Source of the DNA: Geosiphon pyriformis uo1
Lineage: Eukaryota > Fungi > Glomeromycota
Assembly (NCBI GenBank): GCA_016748015.1
Contig: JAAOMT010000439.1
Location: 908,888 to 972,887, forward strand
Length of the DNA stretch: 64,000 bases
Direction of reading: 5' to 3'
In this document: one piece after another, positions 35,701 through 50,000 of the stretch
Numbering within the stretch: the stretch's first letter is position 1
Layout: each line of letters begins with the position of its first letter
Notes under the pieces: model-generated
Seen by the model: only the letters and a program-made list of their open reading frames with translations
The model's database searches: none
Told to the model about the DNA's origin: nothing
Translations under genes and position numbers: made by a program

Positions 35701-37380
35701 CACCTCTTTCTACAAAGCAGGCACCAAACCAACAGTCAAACACACATTTAACAGCTTTAACAGACATCTCAGAGCCACCTCATCACTATGTTTCTACAGC
35801 TCATTTGAAATATCAGACAAACCAGCAGCCTTGCTATTAGGCAGACTAAAAACAACTGGAAGCAACTTGTTTATATTAACTGCACACATAACACTAGAAA
35901 AAGCATCATTCCAAACATATTCCAAAGATACATACTAATGGGCCCAAAGGTTAGAGAGCACTGAAAGCACTGAGTGCTTTCTTGTCCATCTCTCCATGAT
36001 CTTCTCTACACTTAACTTCATTTTCTTAGGTTCTAAAATCAGCTTATTGTCAATTACTAAGTGATTGAACACCATCTTGTGAAAGGGTCTGTCCAACACA
36101 TTTCTAATCATACTAATTTTATCTGAACAGAAATTTTTCATGTGTCTCTCAATTGCCTTTCTGATAGAAGCTTCTTCAGCCAATCTTGACTCAAACATTT
36201 TTGACCTCCTGTAATCTCTGCAGACCAATGACAAATGTTTAACAATAACTTCAGACTTTACACTTAAACAGAATAAGATATCAAAAACATGAGCCTTGGC
36301 ATCATCCAAAGTTGACCACCTATTCACTAGATGGTTGACCTCAGACAGATCATCAGAGCAAAACACTTTGACAATCTTGGTCACCAACAATTCTAAACCA
36401 AAAAACTTAGAAGAATGTTTTTTTTTCAAATACCTAAATTTGTTAAACCAATGTCTCGAAAATGTTACATCAGCAAACACCACCACAGCTTTCTCCAAAA
36501 CTGCTCACATAGCATCTACATCTCCACGTAATTCAGCACCAGAGAACAACTTATCCAATAACATGAACTTGACCAACAAGAGATTCTTGAACTTGGCCCA
36601 TTGAGCACAACCAGCATTCTTGATTTTAAACTTCCAACAATTTCTATTTGTCTGCTTGTGCAGACTATTCAAACAAACATCCAGGAGCCCACCCAAGCCG
36701 ACTGACACCACCACTGCCCTGTGGTCAGTGTTAAAGAAATCTGAGACTGAGGCAACCTTATGATCAGCAACAGCAGACAATAAGTTCTTACTAACAAAAA
36801 TATAATCAATCATTTTTTCAACTCCTTTTAAGTTGCTCCACATAGAAAATCCAGCCAAATGAGAACCAACAAATGAATTAACCAAACCCAAATCCAAACA
36901 AATTTGAAACTTGCACTTTTACCAAATCCATTTTCATTAAAGTCCCCACCTAAAACAACAAAAGTGCTAAAGTTAACAGCCCTCGCAATGAGAGAATTAA
37001 CCTCAGAAGCCTAATCATATTTGACTCTAAAAGAGGCATCTGCATACAACCCCAAAAAAGTGATTGAAAGCTTGCCCTTAAATAAGAGCCAAACAAAAAT
37101 AACCTGACTAGAAACCTTTTCCACCTTAAAAACATGACAAGCCAAGGAACTGTTCATGATAATGGCCAAGAAACCCCTTATCCAGACCTGACGTAAAAAT
37201 ATGGACACCATCAAACCTATCAGCAATCCAAGGTTTAATACTAGAGTGCAACTTGGTTTTTGTAACAAAAGACATCATATTGCCTGATTCTTTATGCCAA
37301 TGGACAACATTCTCTTGTTTAGCAGGAACAGTCAGACCACAAACATTACACATAGCAAATTTCCAAACCAGACTGCTCAT
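32702..37380 (-). pseudogene. LINE copy 2 ORF2 (APE-RT-RNase H-zinc finger)
   Basis: WKFAMCNVCG, MIDYIFVS, NTDHRAV (APE); KVYNSVGW, GLDQGEIFSPLL (RT); VYTDGSLK, AKLQAV, LDSQ, WAKVKSYSGIPGNVRAD (RNase H); LLCGGVEFFDHAFTC (zinc finger). Confidence 0.93.
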
Positions 37381-39340
37381 TGAGAAAATTGAGGAAGCAA
37401 AGAACCAGCACCAACACACAAACAATTCAATCTTGCCAAAACTGTACCAACAAAAGCATCCAAAGCTGACAATTTAGATTTCAAACCACCCATCTTGATA
37501 GTTAAAACCTTAGAAATGCTAAAACCAAAACCAGCATCTGACACATCAACATTTGAAGGGAGAGAGTCGGAAGATGCCAACATGCTATCCACAAGCATAT
37601 CCGAGTTTGAGACTGACATCTTAGGCACAGAGGCAGCTGGCAGAGAAACACAAAAGAAAAATGCCAGTGGCACCAATTCAACACCATTCAATCTTTTTAA
37701 TATATCCAACACTTGATCCGCCAAAAGCTCCAAAGAGCATTCCAGAGCTGCCAAACAATCATTCAAACCAGAAACATCAAAAGAAGAAGACACCAATGAT
37801 GATGATTTTCTATCAGAAGACACACCAGCACCAAAAGAGACTGAAGAAACCACACGGAAAAGAGACCCACCAGCAACTTAAGCCCAAGTCTTGCCACCAA
37901 AAAAAACTGGATAAGCAATAGAAGCCTGCTTCTTTTTATATATGTTGGCCAATCGTATTTGATTCTGAGAATTTACCACCCACTTATCATGAGCATCAGA
38001 ATTCTCACCCAATGAACACTTCATAGAGATATGATCCAATTGTTTACACTTGGCATAACAAGCCAGAGAAAGACCAGCCCAACGCAAATTCACATCCTTA
38101 TAAACTAAAACAGAACTAATAGCAGCCAATTTGGATGCCTTATTACCAAAACACACAATCACACATCTATCATGCACATATGAACTGAGATTACAGCCAA
38201 TAAAACAAGTCTTCCCACCATATGATTCTAACAAATCCGAAAGATCATGAGCTATTGTACCAACTGGAAAAGTATAAAGCAATGCCCGATGTAGATCTCT
38301 GAAAATCCACAATTGTTTATCCTCAACAGCTTTTGCCACACAAACAGAATTCTTTCTTATGAAAACAGACCATTTAGCTGCAACCAAATCAGCTATTTCA
38401 GATGACTCAAATTCCACTAAAGCTTTTTGCCACAGGCCAATCAATTGCATTTTAATTGATACAACCCTGCCAAACTTGAAAAAAACAGATTCTACAGCTA
38501 ATTTAGGAAGATCAACTAGAATCTTCTTAACAACAATTACCCGATCCGAAAGTTTGTTTACTTGTCTGACATCATTATTTGTCACAATTTTTTCATAAAT
38601 TGTCAATTCTCTAGCCCTTTTTAAACTCAACTCTGATGTAAATGAAGATCTGATGATCCCAGGAAATTTTGAGGAAGTCGATGCCCTCTAAAACCATCTA
38701 TTCAATAAAAATTTTTTTTCACACAGATCAACTTATTATCAACAGTCTTACCAAGCATAGCTGAAAGCTCAATATCAAGAGTGAAAGATTTGGTCAAATT
38801 GAAGCTCCGTTTTTCCAAAACACGTAACTCAGCCAATGGGAGACACTTGGAACCACTAAAATTAGATAATAGAAGCAATATAGCATCGTCGTCGTTAACA
38901 TTGCTCATATGGCTAAACACCAGACCTTTAGAAGGTTGGCCAAGCATGTACATTCGGGTGTGAGTTTTTTGTGACATTGTGTCATCCATGTTCTCATTGA
39001 CTACCAAATTGTCAAACTCTGTGTAACTCGTTTCCTTGGCAATCATATTCCTTATGTTCTCTATATTAGACAGAACACTAATACTACTAGCTTCACTATC
39101 CACCTCACTGCCTCAAAACACAGCAGGTTTTCCACTAGTGCTCACCACATCCTCAAGACTCAAAGGGCCAGCAGACAAATTGATAACACTCGCTTCAGTG
39201 ACATACTTCTTCAGTTTCTTTTACAAAGCACTGCGAAAATACACATTATTCAAATGGTTTTTTTTAGCATTCATGTGGGTCTCCAGACCAGCCGAAATCA
39301 AGCCAGAGCCATCAGCAGATAAGCCAACTGGTTCTATTAT
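37377..39340 (-). pseudogene. LINE copy 2 ORF1
   Basis: RRM-like VVKKILVDLPK...FGRVVSIKMQLIGLWQKALVEF; knuckle remnant YAKCKQLDHISMKC; coiled-coil-like tail ending FSQ*. Confidence 0.87.
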
Positions 39341-40558
39341 GACAAAAAGAGGTCCAGTAAAAAAAATGACTTGAATAAACTAAGGGAAAAGGAAGAAAGA
39401 AAAGTGATTTCTCCAAAAAAATCTTTTGCTTTCATTGTGGTCAGGGGATCGACAAGAGAACGATTTTAATTATTAATAGCTTTGAATTAATTATATTTAG
39501 TTGTAAATATATAATTTATTTATATTTATTAGATAATAATTAAACTTTACTTGTTAAATTTTATAAATAAATAAAAAATCAATTATTTTAAATAAAATTA
39601 ACCAAAATTAAGATTTAAAAATAATTTAAAAAATAATATTATGTATAAATTATAATTAAAACAGTTTTAAATATAATTATAGAATTAAAAAAAAACTAAA
39701 TTTATAAATAATTAAATTAATACTAATTTATAACAATAATTTTATTTATTGTTAATTTTGTATAATTTTTGTATAATTATATTTATTATTATTATTATTA
39801 TTATTTATTATATTAAATTAATATTACCAAAAAAATAACTTTATATTATTCATAAAAATAATTTAAAATATAACAAAATATTTAAAATATAATAATTAAA
39901 ACAGTTTTAATATCAACATAATTATAAAAAAATTTATATAATAAAAATAAGAATAGATATTTTTATAATAAACAGAATTATAAAAAATTTAACTATAAAA
40001 AAGCTAAATTTATGAATTATATAATAAAATAAAACTAGATAGTTAACTTAATATTGTTTTATAATATTAATAATTTTACTTATTAATTATTTTGTTATTA
40101 TATTTATTTACTTTAAAAAGTTATTATTCTAAATATTGTTTTTAAAAAACCACATTTTGTGGCTTGGCGATTGGTGACGTAAGCTGAAAATTTTTTCTTC
40201 CTACAAAACAATCTGCTTTTATTGTGCCACCCCTGAAAACTTCAATCTATTTTTGCTTTTGATATTTCAATGCGGCTAGAGGATCGGGCAACTCGCCGAT
40301 TCAACCACCTAAGCGATCTGGCAACTTGTTGGGCTAGTTATGGGGAACTCCTCCGGTGGGCTCCTTCCTAAGTCAGCGTGAAGGCCAGAGGCAACTTGTC
40401 TCAGTGCCAAGAGCAAGCCCAGTTCATTCCCAGTCCTTGATCCGCTCGGCGTCTCCTATTATTGACCATTTATTTTACAGGGCCAAGCACAGTAGGAACA
40501 AGTTCAGTTATTTTGGACCTCAATTTCCACGTTTCCCTGGTTATGAAGGTAACTTTTC

Positions 40559-43420
40559 TTGAATGACAATTGTATTCTCTACTGGTCGACTTTACACAGT
40601 TCTTTTACGTCAATAGCAATTGCAGAGTATCTGGATAGCCGCCCATCAGAAAAGTGGTCATACGAAGAGTTTTTACAAATTTATCATGACATTATTCTTG
40701 TCAAGCCGCCGTTCAACGATGTTTGGAGTTCACTAGATGGCTTTGCACAGAAGATTTCGCGGGGCAATTAAGTCACGCAATGGAAACGTCAATTTGGAAA
40801 AAAGAGTTTAAGTAAAAAAGTATATAAGTTTTTAAAAGTTTAGGATTTTAGCGGCAACGACAATCACGTATCTACTCGGTTGGGAGCATTAAATTTCTAC
40901 TTAATCATCATTGGTTGCGTCACTCATGTTTAATGGTGGGATGCTGATTATATGGTTTTACTAATTCTGCCACCAACAAGATTGAGAGGAGTCGTGCTTA
41001 CTGGAACAAACTGATTCTCAAATGTGAAGAAGTGGGTGTGAATCGAATACAAATTCGACGGCTAGGACTCATTACTCGAAGCATTGCTAATCGCTAGTAT
41101 TATCAAGTTACAGATGGAACGGAGGTAATTATAAACAAAGAAGCCTCGGAGTATCAGTCCAAGTCAACAGGAAAAAAATTTGTAAAAGGATAATTATACA
41201 ACGATCATATCGGCACCGAACATGACAAGAGAGAATCTGCAATCCGTGGCTGTTCTTATAAGGTTATATACCCGCCACCCTTTTTTTGCATAGATCGTCA
41301 TTGAAGAAGATAACGAGATCTACCAGAGCTCAAAACGGCGTGAAACCAGGCATCCTGCAGAGCAAATCGTAAGATATTTATTATCTTTTTCCCACGTTTT
41401 TATTCAATATTCAGAGTAACTGGCAATATTTGCACCAATTATTATCATACTACTGTTTCAAATTCAATATTGTGAGACTTTCGACTCACCTGAAGTCAAA
41501 AATAAATATAATTGAGAATTTAGTTATTCAAATTTAAGAATATAATATTACTGACGCCCTTACTAAACTCTCAACTGTAAACAGGTATCCGTAGGAAAGG
41601 GTAAAAGAAAAGAATTCGACGGCCTTGTAATTCTCCCGAAGCTGAAAAAGGTAAAGTTAAATTCTTAGATCCTAAAGTAATTCACTTTTTTGCGATCAGT
41701 TGGCAAATCACAGCAACTCTATTGGCCTATTATAGATTTGCTTGATGAACGGACTATAGAAATGAACATCTCGTTCATTCCTCAATGGCTGTTTCAACCC
41801 GGATAACTGATGCATGCCAAGTCAAAGAAAAAATATGGAAAATGAAAGATGGTAATGAAAGGTACCTGAATTATATAATCAAAAGTTGTTTTATCATCTT
41901 AATGTTTTGTTGATAGGATATTTTTCTAGTCCTATATGGTGGCGAATTCTGGACCTTCGTCCTATGACCAACCGACTCGGTCCTGCTAACAAAAGAGCAA
42001 AGGAATTCATAACGAAGGAGACACTAAAGATGTTTGCACCTCCAAAACTCATCTTATGACAAAGTGCTATAGATGAAGAAATAAATATAGTGCTGAATAT
42101 GGTCAAGGTATATATTTGAAATGTCAATCACTCCTTCAACTGACGGACTACAGAGTTTACCTTTTGGTGAAATATTGGCTCAATTCTAAAAATTTCCATC
42201 TATTGGAACTCTCGGAATACTTCAGAATCTGTCCTCAATTAAGAGTGTACAAATAGATCAGATGAATTTAAAAGAATTTCTAAAGGACAATGTGAAGATT
42301 GAAATGGTTCGAATGGATAAATTTGACTTGGAATCTGGAGGTGGTCTATCTATCACTAATGAGAAGATGGAAAAACTCTCTCAACACGCGGACATCATTG
42401 CACTCGCCTCTTGTGTTCATGAAAGGTAAATACATTATCCCCTTGCTAAGTTAATCTAGATGAATTAACAACCTTATGGCATTGCTCTACAATAGTATAC
42501 GGTACTTGAACTCTGGTATCCTTCACACTACTATGGGGGAGCGGACAGTGGATATCCATATATTCAAATCACTCTTCGATATACTGCAAATAAGCAATCT
42601 CGTCCAGATTCATTAGTAGGTATTCCTAGCTTCATTTAATTCCCTTTAATTTCACGATAACAATCGTTTGACACAAGATTCTTGACAACAGTGGCGAAGC
42701 GGAAAGTAGAGCATCGCGAACGCGGGCGAGAGCATATAAAGCATGATATCGAGTCTTCCCAAAAAGTATGCGGAGACCATTTTGATTGGCTATTCGCGGT
42801 AGGTGGATCAACAGACTTATNNNNNNNNNNNNNNNNNNNNNNNNNNNNNNNNNNNNNNNNNNNNNNNNNNNNNNNNNNNNNNNNNNNNNNNNNNNNNNNN
42901 NNNNNNNNNNNNNNNNNNNNNNNNNNNNNNNNNNNNNNNNNNNNNNNNNNNNNNNNNNNNNNNNNNNNNNNNNNNNNNNNNNNNNNNNNNNNNNNNNNNN
43001 NNNNNNNNNNNCGTTGTAGATTGCCCAATACTGTTAACGCTCTAGCATCTGCCGTCGAGTCTGTGCGCCTGTTCATTCGGATTAGAGTAAGTTCTGTTGT
43101 ACTATACTAAATCTTATATCTGCATACATGTTTTAATATTTCTTTATATTATAGAATATCATGAATTATTCCGCAAATCTCATCCAAGTTTTGATTAAGG
43201 AAGCCAAGGAAGTTCGGGATAACGTATCACACATATCCTCTGTGGATAATGAGATCGCAACAATTCAAGATTTTGGAACCCCAGTGAAGCCTAAAACTAA
43301 ACCGAAGCTAAAGATAAAGAAATAAAGAAATAGTGTAGGGTGTTTACGGTCTCCCTCATGGATATCGAATAAGTGGGTTTTGAATTCGACCCCCGCTCCA
43401 AAATCATTTCACAAAACTTA
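40559..43420 (+). pseudogene. Multi-exon gene or pseudogene of a lineage-specific family, function unknown
   Basis: CpG-retaining island with short GT-AG introns. Exon translations include EYLDSRPSEKWSYEEFLQIYHDIILVKPPF, IERSRAYWNKLILK, KRKVEHRERGREHIKHDIESSQKVCGDHFDWLFA, RLPNTVNALASAVESVRLFIRIR and NIMNYSANLIQVLIKEAK. Apparent premature stops. A paralog lies at 1826-2680. Confidence 0.6.
42821..43011. other. Assembly gap
   Basis: Run of N. Confidence 1.
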
Positions 43421-44041
43421 ACGCTTATTCAATAATTTTATTAAAGGCCAAAGCTTTTAACAACTCGAACAATATGGAGCTTGAAACTAATTTACATTAA
43501 ATTCACCATGGAACCGAAAAATTACAGCATCATCAAAAGTATTATAAAAAATTGCACCTTATGTTTTCAAAATAGTTGATATCAAAATTTATTCGAGAAT
43601 ACTTAGATAAAGAAGGAATTACTTATGAGATTTGCCAGAAAGAAAAGGTCATCAAAAGAGCATTGGAAAATTCAAATCAAAACCAAGGAAAAAGAGAAAA
43701 ATATCAGAAGTGTAATAAGATATAGGAGTAACCTTATATATTTTTAATAAACTATGTAGAAAATATTTCACAAAACCAGACAAATTAAACATAAAATATA
43801 TTATATAATTAAGATAATTGAATACATAAAAGTGATAGAATTCTTAAAAACAGATTATAATTGTGATTGCTCTATTAAAGTTCTTAAAGAAAAGTTTGTG
43901 AAAATGTATAAAACTTTTTAAGCTCTTTTAAAGTCAAAAAAAGATATTTTTTTAATAATTTAGTCCAAGACCATAAATAGTAAATTCATAAATGCTAATC
44001 ATTATTTTAAAAAAAAAGCTTACATTAATAAAAAACAATAT

Positions 44042-47000
44042 TGTTACAGATTGGAGTAACAAGCTAACAAATAGTAAAAAAAAACAGGATTGTAGAGTAA
44101 TAGAAATAATTAAAGAGAAAATTACAATAAAAGAGCAAATTGAATATGTATAAATTCAATGTGTATAGTTTTATATAAATCACAGTCACAAATCTTTTCT
44201 GGAAATCTGAAGATAGAAGAATAATCTGTGATTGTCAACAAAATAATACTGCTGCTATTATTCTATGTCTCAATTTGGTGATTTTTAGAATCAATAACAG
44301 GTATCATTATGCTTTTTAATTATTTCTTTATTCAATAAATCACAAAAATAAGCAATTGTTTCTCAGACTAATTCTAACAAATACAAATTAAGAAGGGGAA
44401 AAGATAAGGTATGTGAATGCCAACAAGTAATCTTTTATTCCAAGATGTTCAGATACTTGAAAGTAGGGAAAAAAAAATAAGTAATATAAAAGAAAGTAAT
44501 TGATAGTGTTTTTTTTTGTTATTTTGATCATGTTTTTTTATAGTTAAGAGACTCATTACTTATATAACTCTTGAAAGTAGTCAACAACCAGATCAATAAC
44601 TAGATCAATAATCAGGTCAATAATCAGGTTAATGATTACTATTTAAAAATAGAGTGACTAATTATATAACATCAGTGACTAATACATGTGATAACTAATA
44701 AAAAATATAGGTTTTAATCATAATATTATTTTCTTCAAAGAGATTGAACTCTGATGAAATCAAGCTATTTATAAGATAATTTATTTAAAGAGTTTTGTCT
44801 AACTCAAAGCTAATTAGTTTATTAAAATTTTTGGTGAATAAAATATAATATTTGAAACAAAATGAGTTTTGTGTTTAAAAGACCAAATCTTTATATAAAA
44901 GTTTTGGCTCTTTTAGCAATAATTAAAACTCTTGAAACATCTAATCATATAATGTCCAAAATTTCTGTTTGTATCTTTAAAGTTGTTTTCTTTATAAGTT
45001 TTATATTTTTTATGATTTTACCAAGGCAACTATAGAGTTCTAATTGTCTTTTATATAATAAGTTTTTGTCTATGAACAGGATTTTTTGGAGTGTATTTTC
45101 AATTATGTTGAAAAGTGGGAGTATAACTGCTGTTATACTTTTTAACAGATATTTATCTATTTTGCTATTAATTTTTTCTCTTATAATAATAGTTTTCTTG
45201 AGTCTAATAACAGTATGTGTTCTATTATTATTAGTTATGGTAGTCTGTTTTTTAATAATCAGAGTAGCATTTAGATAGTTTTTGATTCAATATTCATAGA
45301 GAATATAGAAAACATTTTGAATGTTTTGATCCAAAAAATAATTATTTATGTTGATTTAAAATACCTCTGTTTTGGAAATGTTGTATTTATTTGTACTTGA
45401 TTTTTGTTGATTATTTGGGTTGGTATTACTACAACAGACAACCAATCAGATCATTTGTAATATTTTTTGAGTTGTATATCATAAACAGAATGATTATTAA
45501 AGATTGTTTTGAATTGATTTTGTAAAATATAAAAACCATTGATCAAAACTTTGTTGACTATAAAAGGTTTTTTTTACTAGCTAGAAAATTTATCACCATA
45601 GACATTGTTTCTGTATAAATAGTATTTCAATACTAAGTCACTAACATTTAAAGAAAGTGTTTTATAAATTTTTTTTTACTTAAGCTTTTTTTGGAACTGT
45701 TTTATTTTTCAAAAGCAATTATTTATATTTCTATTAAGGAGTCAAAAATAATATCAAGTTTTCTTTGCAAAATGTCTTTGTAATTTTTTATTGTAATTTT
45801 TTTAAAGAATTGTCTTAATATTAGTTTCTATTAGTAGTGTTGTTATATATTCATAGAACAGATAAAAGAGTTTATAACTTGTTATGTCATAATTTACAAT
45901 TCTATAAGCAAACAAAGCTAAAAGCAGTATTTTGTCTTATAAGTTTGTTTTTTTACTGGTTTTGGTTAAGGTTTCACATAGTGTTCTATTAAAATATTCT
46001 ATTAAGTTATTTGTTTGAAAGTGGTAAGAAAAAGAAAGTTTATAACATATTTCCAATTTTCTACAAAATTTTTTAATCAGTATACTAAGAAAAGCTCTTT
46101 CTCTATCAAATAAAATCTTTTTGGAGCAGTCATAATAACAAATAATATTTTCATAAATGAAATTGGCTATTGAGACTGCTATTTGGTCTAAAGTGGCTCT
46201 TGTTTTTATTCACTTTGTAAAATAGTTAATAGCTATGATAATGTATTTATTATTATTGTTACATGTAAGTATTTGGGATTTCAAATCAAATAACAAATTC
46301 ATAACTTGGTGCTTAATAGCTAATATGATTGGTAAGATCTGAAGATTTTGGTTAAGTTTTTTGTATAATGAACAGAGATTCAATAGTTGTTTTCAGTCAC
46401 CTTTTGGAATTGTAATTCTATCAATTCTTATTTTGACATAGTGGCTGGTAATCTTTTGATAAGCTATTCTTAAATCTGAGTATTTACCCTTATTTTTGGG
46501 TTTTTTACTAGTGCTATATCCTAACATTAGTACTCTGTACATTAATTTTTTTAAATTAATTAGTAAATCAACAACAAAAAAAATAAAAAATAAAAAAAAA
46601 ATAAAAAAATAAAAATAAAATAAGCCAAGACAAGAAAAGTTAGTATTCTGTCAATAGTCATAATTAAGAGTTATTGTTCCAGTGTAGTCAAATAGCTGTT
46701 ACTATCAACACTTCATGTTAATAATAAACAATTGGATTAATATAACTAATAAGTATATTTGTTGATAGTATGAATGTATAGATTCTAATTAGAAAGTAAA
46801 ACTGAAATTTTTTTTTCTGTTTCTAATGCTACTGCTATATATACATAATTCAGATTTCTTAATTTCTCAATTTTTCACACCAGAAATCCTGGAATTCCTA
46901 GAATCTTGCAATTTTTTAAGAGGAATTCTGCAATTCTGCAATTTTTATACAAAAATTTTGGAATTCTGGAATTCTGCAATTTCTTTAAGTGAAATCCTGG

Positions 47001-50000
47001 AATTTTCTATTTACTATATTTATTTCTGATTGGCTAATTTATATATTAATATAATTTTTATATTTTATGAATAATATTATTTTCTTTTTTTAATATTGAG
47101 CTCTGTTAAGATCTCTTAACTCTTTTAATTCTTCAGATTGAATTATATTTTAAACTATTTTCTCTAAAATTACTTGTATTATTCTGAGCTATAATTCCTC
47201 AAACTGGGCATTGGTCATTTTACCTATTTAATTAGTAGTAATTGTATCCATTTTTGAATTGAGTAATATTTTTGGTTAGTCTTGAAATTCAGCTTGTAAT
47301 TAATATATTGTTCTTGTTTATATAATTAGATTGTTTTTTTTCCACAAATTGTTTAAGTTGTTGTAGTATTTTTGTATCAAATAATCACTTTGTTTTATTT
47401 GTATATAAGTTCTGAATATTCAAGTGTTGTTCCAAGTAAAAATAATAAAAGTTTCTTTGAAATTGTTGTATCCACTAGTTCTAAGTTTCTTTGGTCACTT
47501 CTTGATATAGTATGTAAAGATTAGTGAGTTCAATTTTTTTTGATTTACAAATTGTAGTTTTTATTTCAAAAATTTGGGTTTGATCTTTTCTTTTTTTTTC
47601 TTTAACTAACATGTACTAGTCATATAACTGAATGAAAATTGATTAATAGATAAAGATAATTTCTTCCTTGTTAATAATTTTTTCTTTTGTCATATTGACT
47701 AGTATGTCTATTTTACCTATAGATCCAAATTCACTAATTCCTTTTGCTGTTATTCCTAATTTCTTTCTTTTTCTTATTGATACTAACTGAGCTATTTTAA
47801 CAGAAACAGGAATATTGTTTGTGCTATCTTTTTATTTGGTTCAATGATATATGGTTTTTTCGAATTATTTTGTAGTATTGTAATAATATTTTTCACATAT
47901 CCTGCATCAATTATTCTTTCTCTTATATTAATTTTTTTTTTCACTAAACTATTCTTAGATGCTTGTTAAACTATTGTTGTTGTTAGAATTTTCAGTGTTA
48001 CTTTCAGATTAATACATGTGTGCAAATGTGGTTTCAATTTGATGGCATCTTTTTCTGAATATCTTAAATTAAATTCTACATTGGTATTATGTGTATATTT
48101 TGGCATAATACTTTCATTATTATTACTGAATCACTTTAATTTCTGCTTCTTAAAAAAATCAAAGAGTACAATATATTTTTTGAAGTTATAATTGGAGTTC
48201 GAATCATTGTTGTCATTATTGTCATTTTTATTTAAGCTAAAACTGTTGTTTTTGTTATCATTATTAGAATTTCAATTAGGATTGAACATTGATTCTGATT
48301 CTAATATGCAGCTGCTGATTGGTTTTTTTTTTCTGGAATCATTTAGATCATGTATGGTAATAAATTGTAGATGAAATCACACTCATTACAGTATTGGAAG
48401 TTACATGAGATCAAACAATAGTTACATAGTCAAGTATTTAGTTGTTCTAAATGCTGTTTTTGTTTTTTTCTTGTGGATATTAAATTCTGATAGTGCTCAT
48501 AAAATTCTTCTGAACTTGCTTTAATGTCAAAAAATACATTAAGATTGGGAATAAAAATAATGTCAACTGGTTTTAGTGAGTTGTTCTTTATTTCCAAAAT
48601 TTTATTGAGTAAAATACCTTCTATTTTGGCTTTTGTTATTCTCCAAATTTCATCTTTATTATGTGAGTAACTCTTTAAGCATAACAAAACTCAGTTCTAT
48701 GTAGCATTAAAAGCATTTTATGACTTACCCAATCACTGATGAGAATTGTGTATTAACACAAAACATTGTATGTTTTTCCTTGACCAGGAATGTCATTTTA
48801 CATTTCTTCATTAATTAGAATTTTCCCATAAGTAAGACATAGTTTATTGTCTCATTTTTTTTGTCTTTTTGGGTAGTTATAACGTTTCTGGTAACATAAC
48901 TTACAGTAATAGTGTGTATATGTTCAATAGTCTTTATTAGGCACAATTCAAGCTCCAATAGAGAACAGCTTTTTCTTGCAGTTCTTGCACTTAAGAGAAA
49001 TATATAATGGCTCTAATCTGGTATTGGTTGAATAAGATTTTTCCCAATTACTGGTGGTATTACAGTTGGTGGTATTTTCTTGTGGCTTGTTTTTTTTTTT
49101 TCTTTTTTTTTGTTGTTCCAAGAGAGTATTAGTGGCAATTTGTTGTAGTTGGTATCAGTTCACAAAACTTGGTAGGCTTTTCAAATAGGTTTTTTCTCTT
49201 CTTTTTCTAACTCAATTAGTGGCTGTTTATTAGTAGTGATCTTAAAATAATCACAAGTGGCTGGTGCTTTAGTGTGTTGGCTGTTTTGACTGAGTTGTAG
49301 CTTCTGGGTGTTTCAGTTAAGCACAGCATTAGTCTTAGACAGCCAGTTATTACCAACTAGTGCTTAGTATTGGATGGTTCTATAATGAAAACTTTAATTG
49401 GCATGATGATGTCATTGACTTCAAAAGAAAAGTTATTGATTTCGCCTATTAAAGTCTTTGTTCCATCAGCAGTGATTATTTGTGCACTGGCAGTGTGATC
49501 AACTTAGCAACCTAATTGATTTATGAGTTGTTATGTAATGATACTGCCAGCTGATCTATTGTCTAAGATCAGTTTAATGGGCTGATCATCCACTTTAGTA
49601 TCTGTATATATTACAGTAATGAGTTTTGATTCTAAAATGACTCTACTGAATAGTGGTGTTTCAACTGGTTTCTTGAGTTTAAAAGAAAAGATAGCAGTAA
49701 GTAATTTATTTTCAGTAATAGTTGCTGAAGATATGTTGTTAGTAAATAGTTGCATTTGATTAGGTTTCTGGTTGCTGGGTTTGGCATCTTCTGAGGTAAC
49801 CAGGAGACTTAAATAGTTTTGGAAATTTGAGTTTTGGCTGTACCCAATTTTCAAACTTCATTGGCATGATTCTGATGGCTGTTGAAATGAGCTGGAAATT
49901 GGTTAATATATTACTATTGCCAATTGCCAGTTTTGTTAAATGCTAGTGATTCTCGGTCTTAGATTTTTAGACATTTAAGCTAGAATTTGTGGCAGTATTT

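Larger units (their letters stand above)
32569..39462 (-). mobile_element. Full-length LINE-type non-LTR retrotransposon (copy 2, divergent relative of copy 1), inactivated
   Basis: ORF1 about 39340-37377, ORF2 37380-32702; same 3' UTR and poly(A) as copy 1. The 5' boundary is approximate and the TSD is not resolved. Confidence 0.92.

Noticed and set aside
43500-44040. Possible decayed DNA-transposase N-terminus (CDCSIKVLKEKFVKMYKTF)
   Set aside because: Too short and degraded; no catalytic motif or terminal repeats found.
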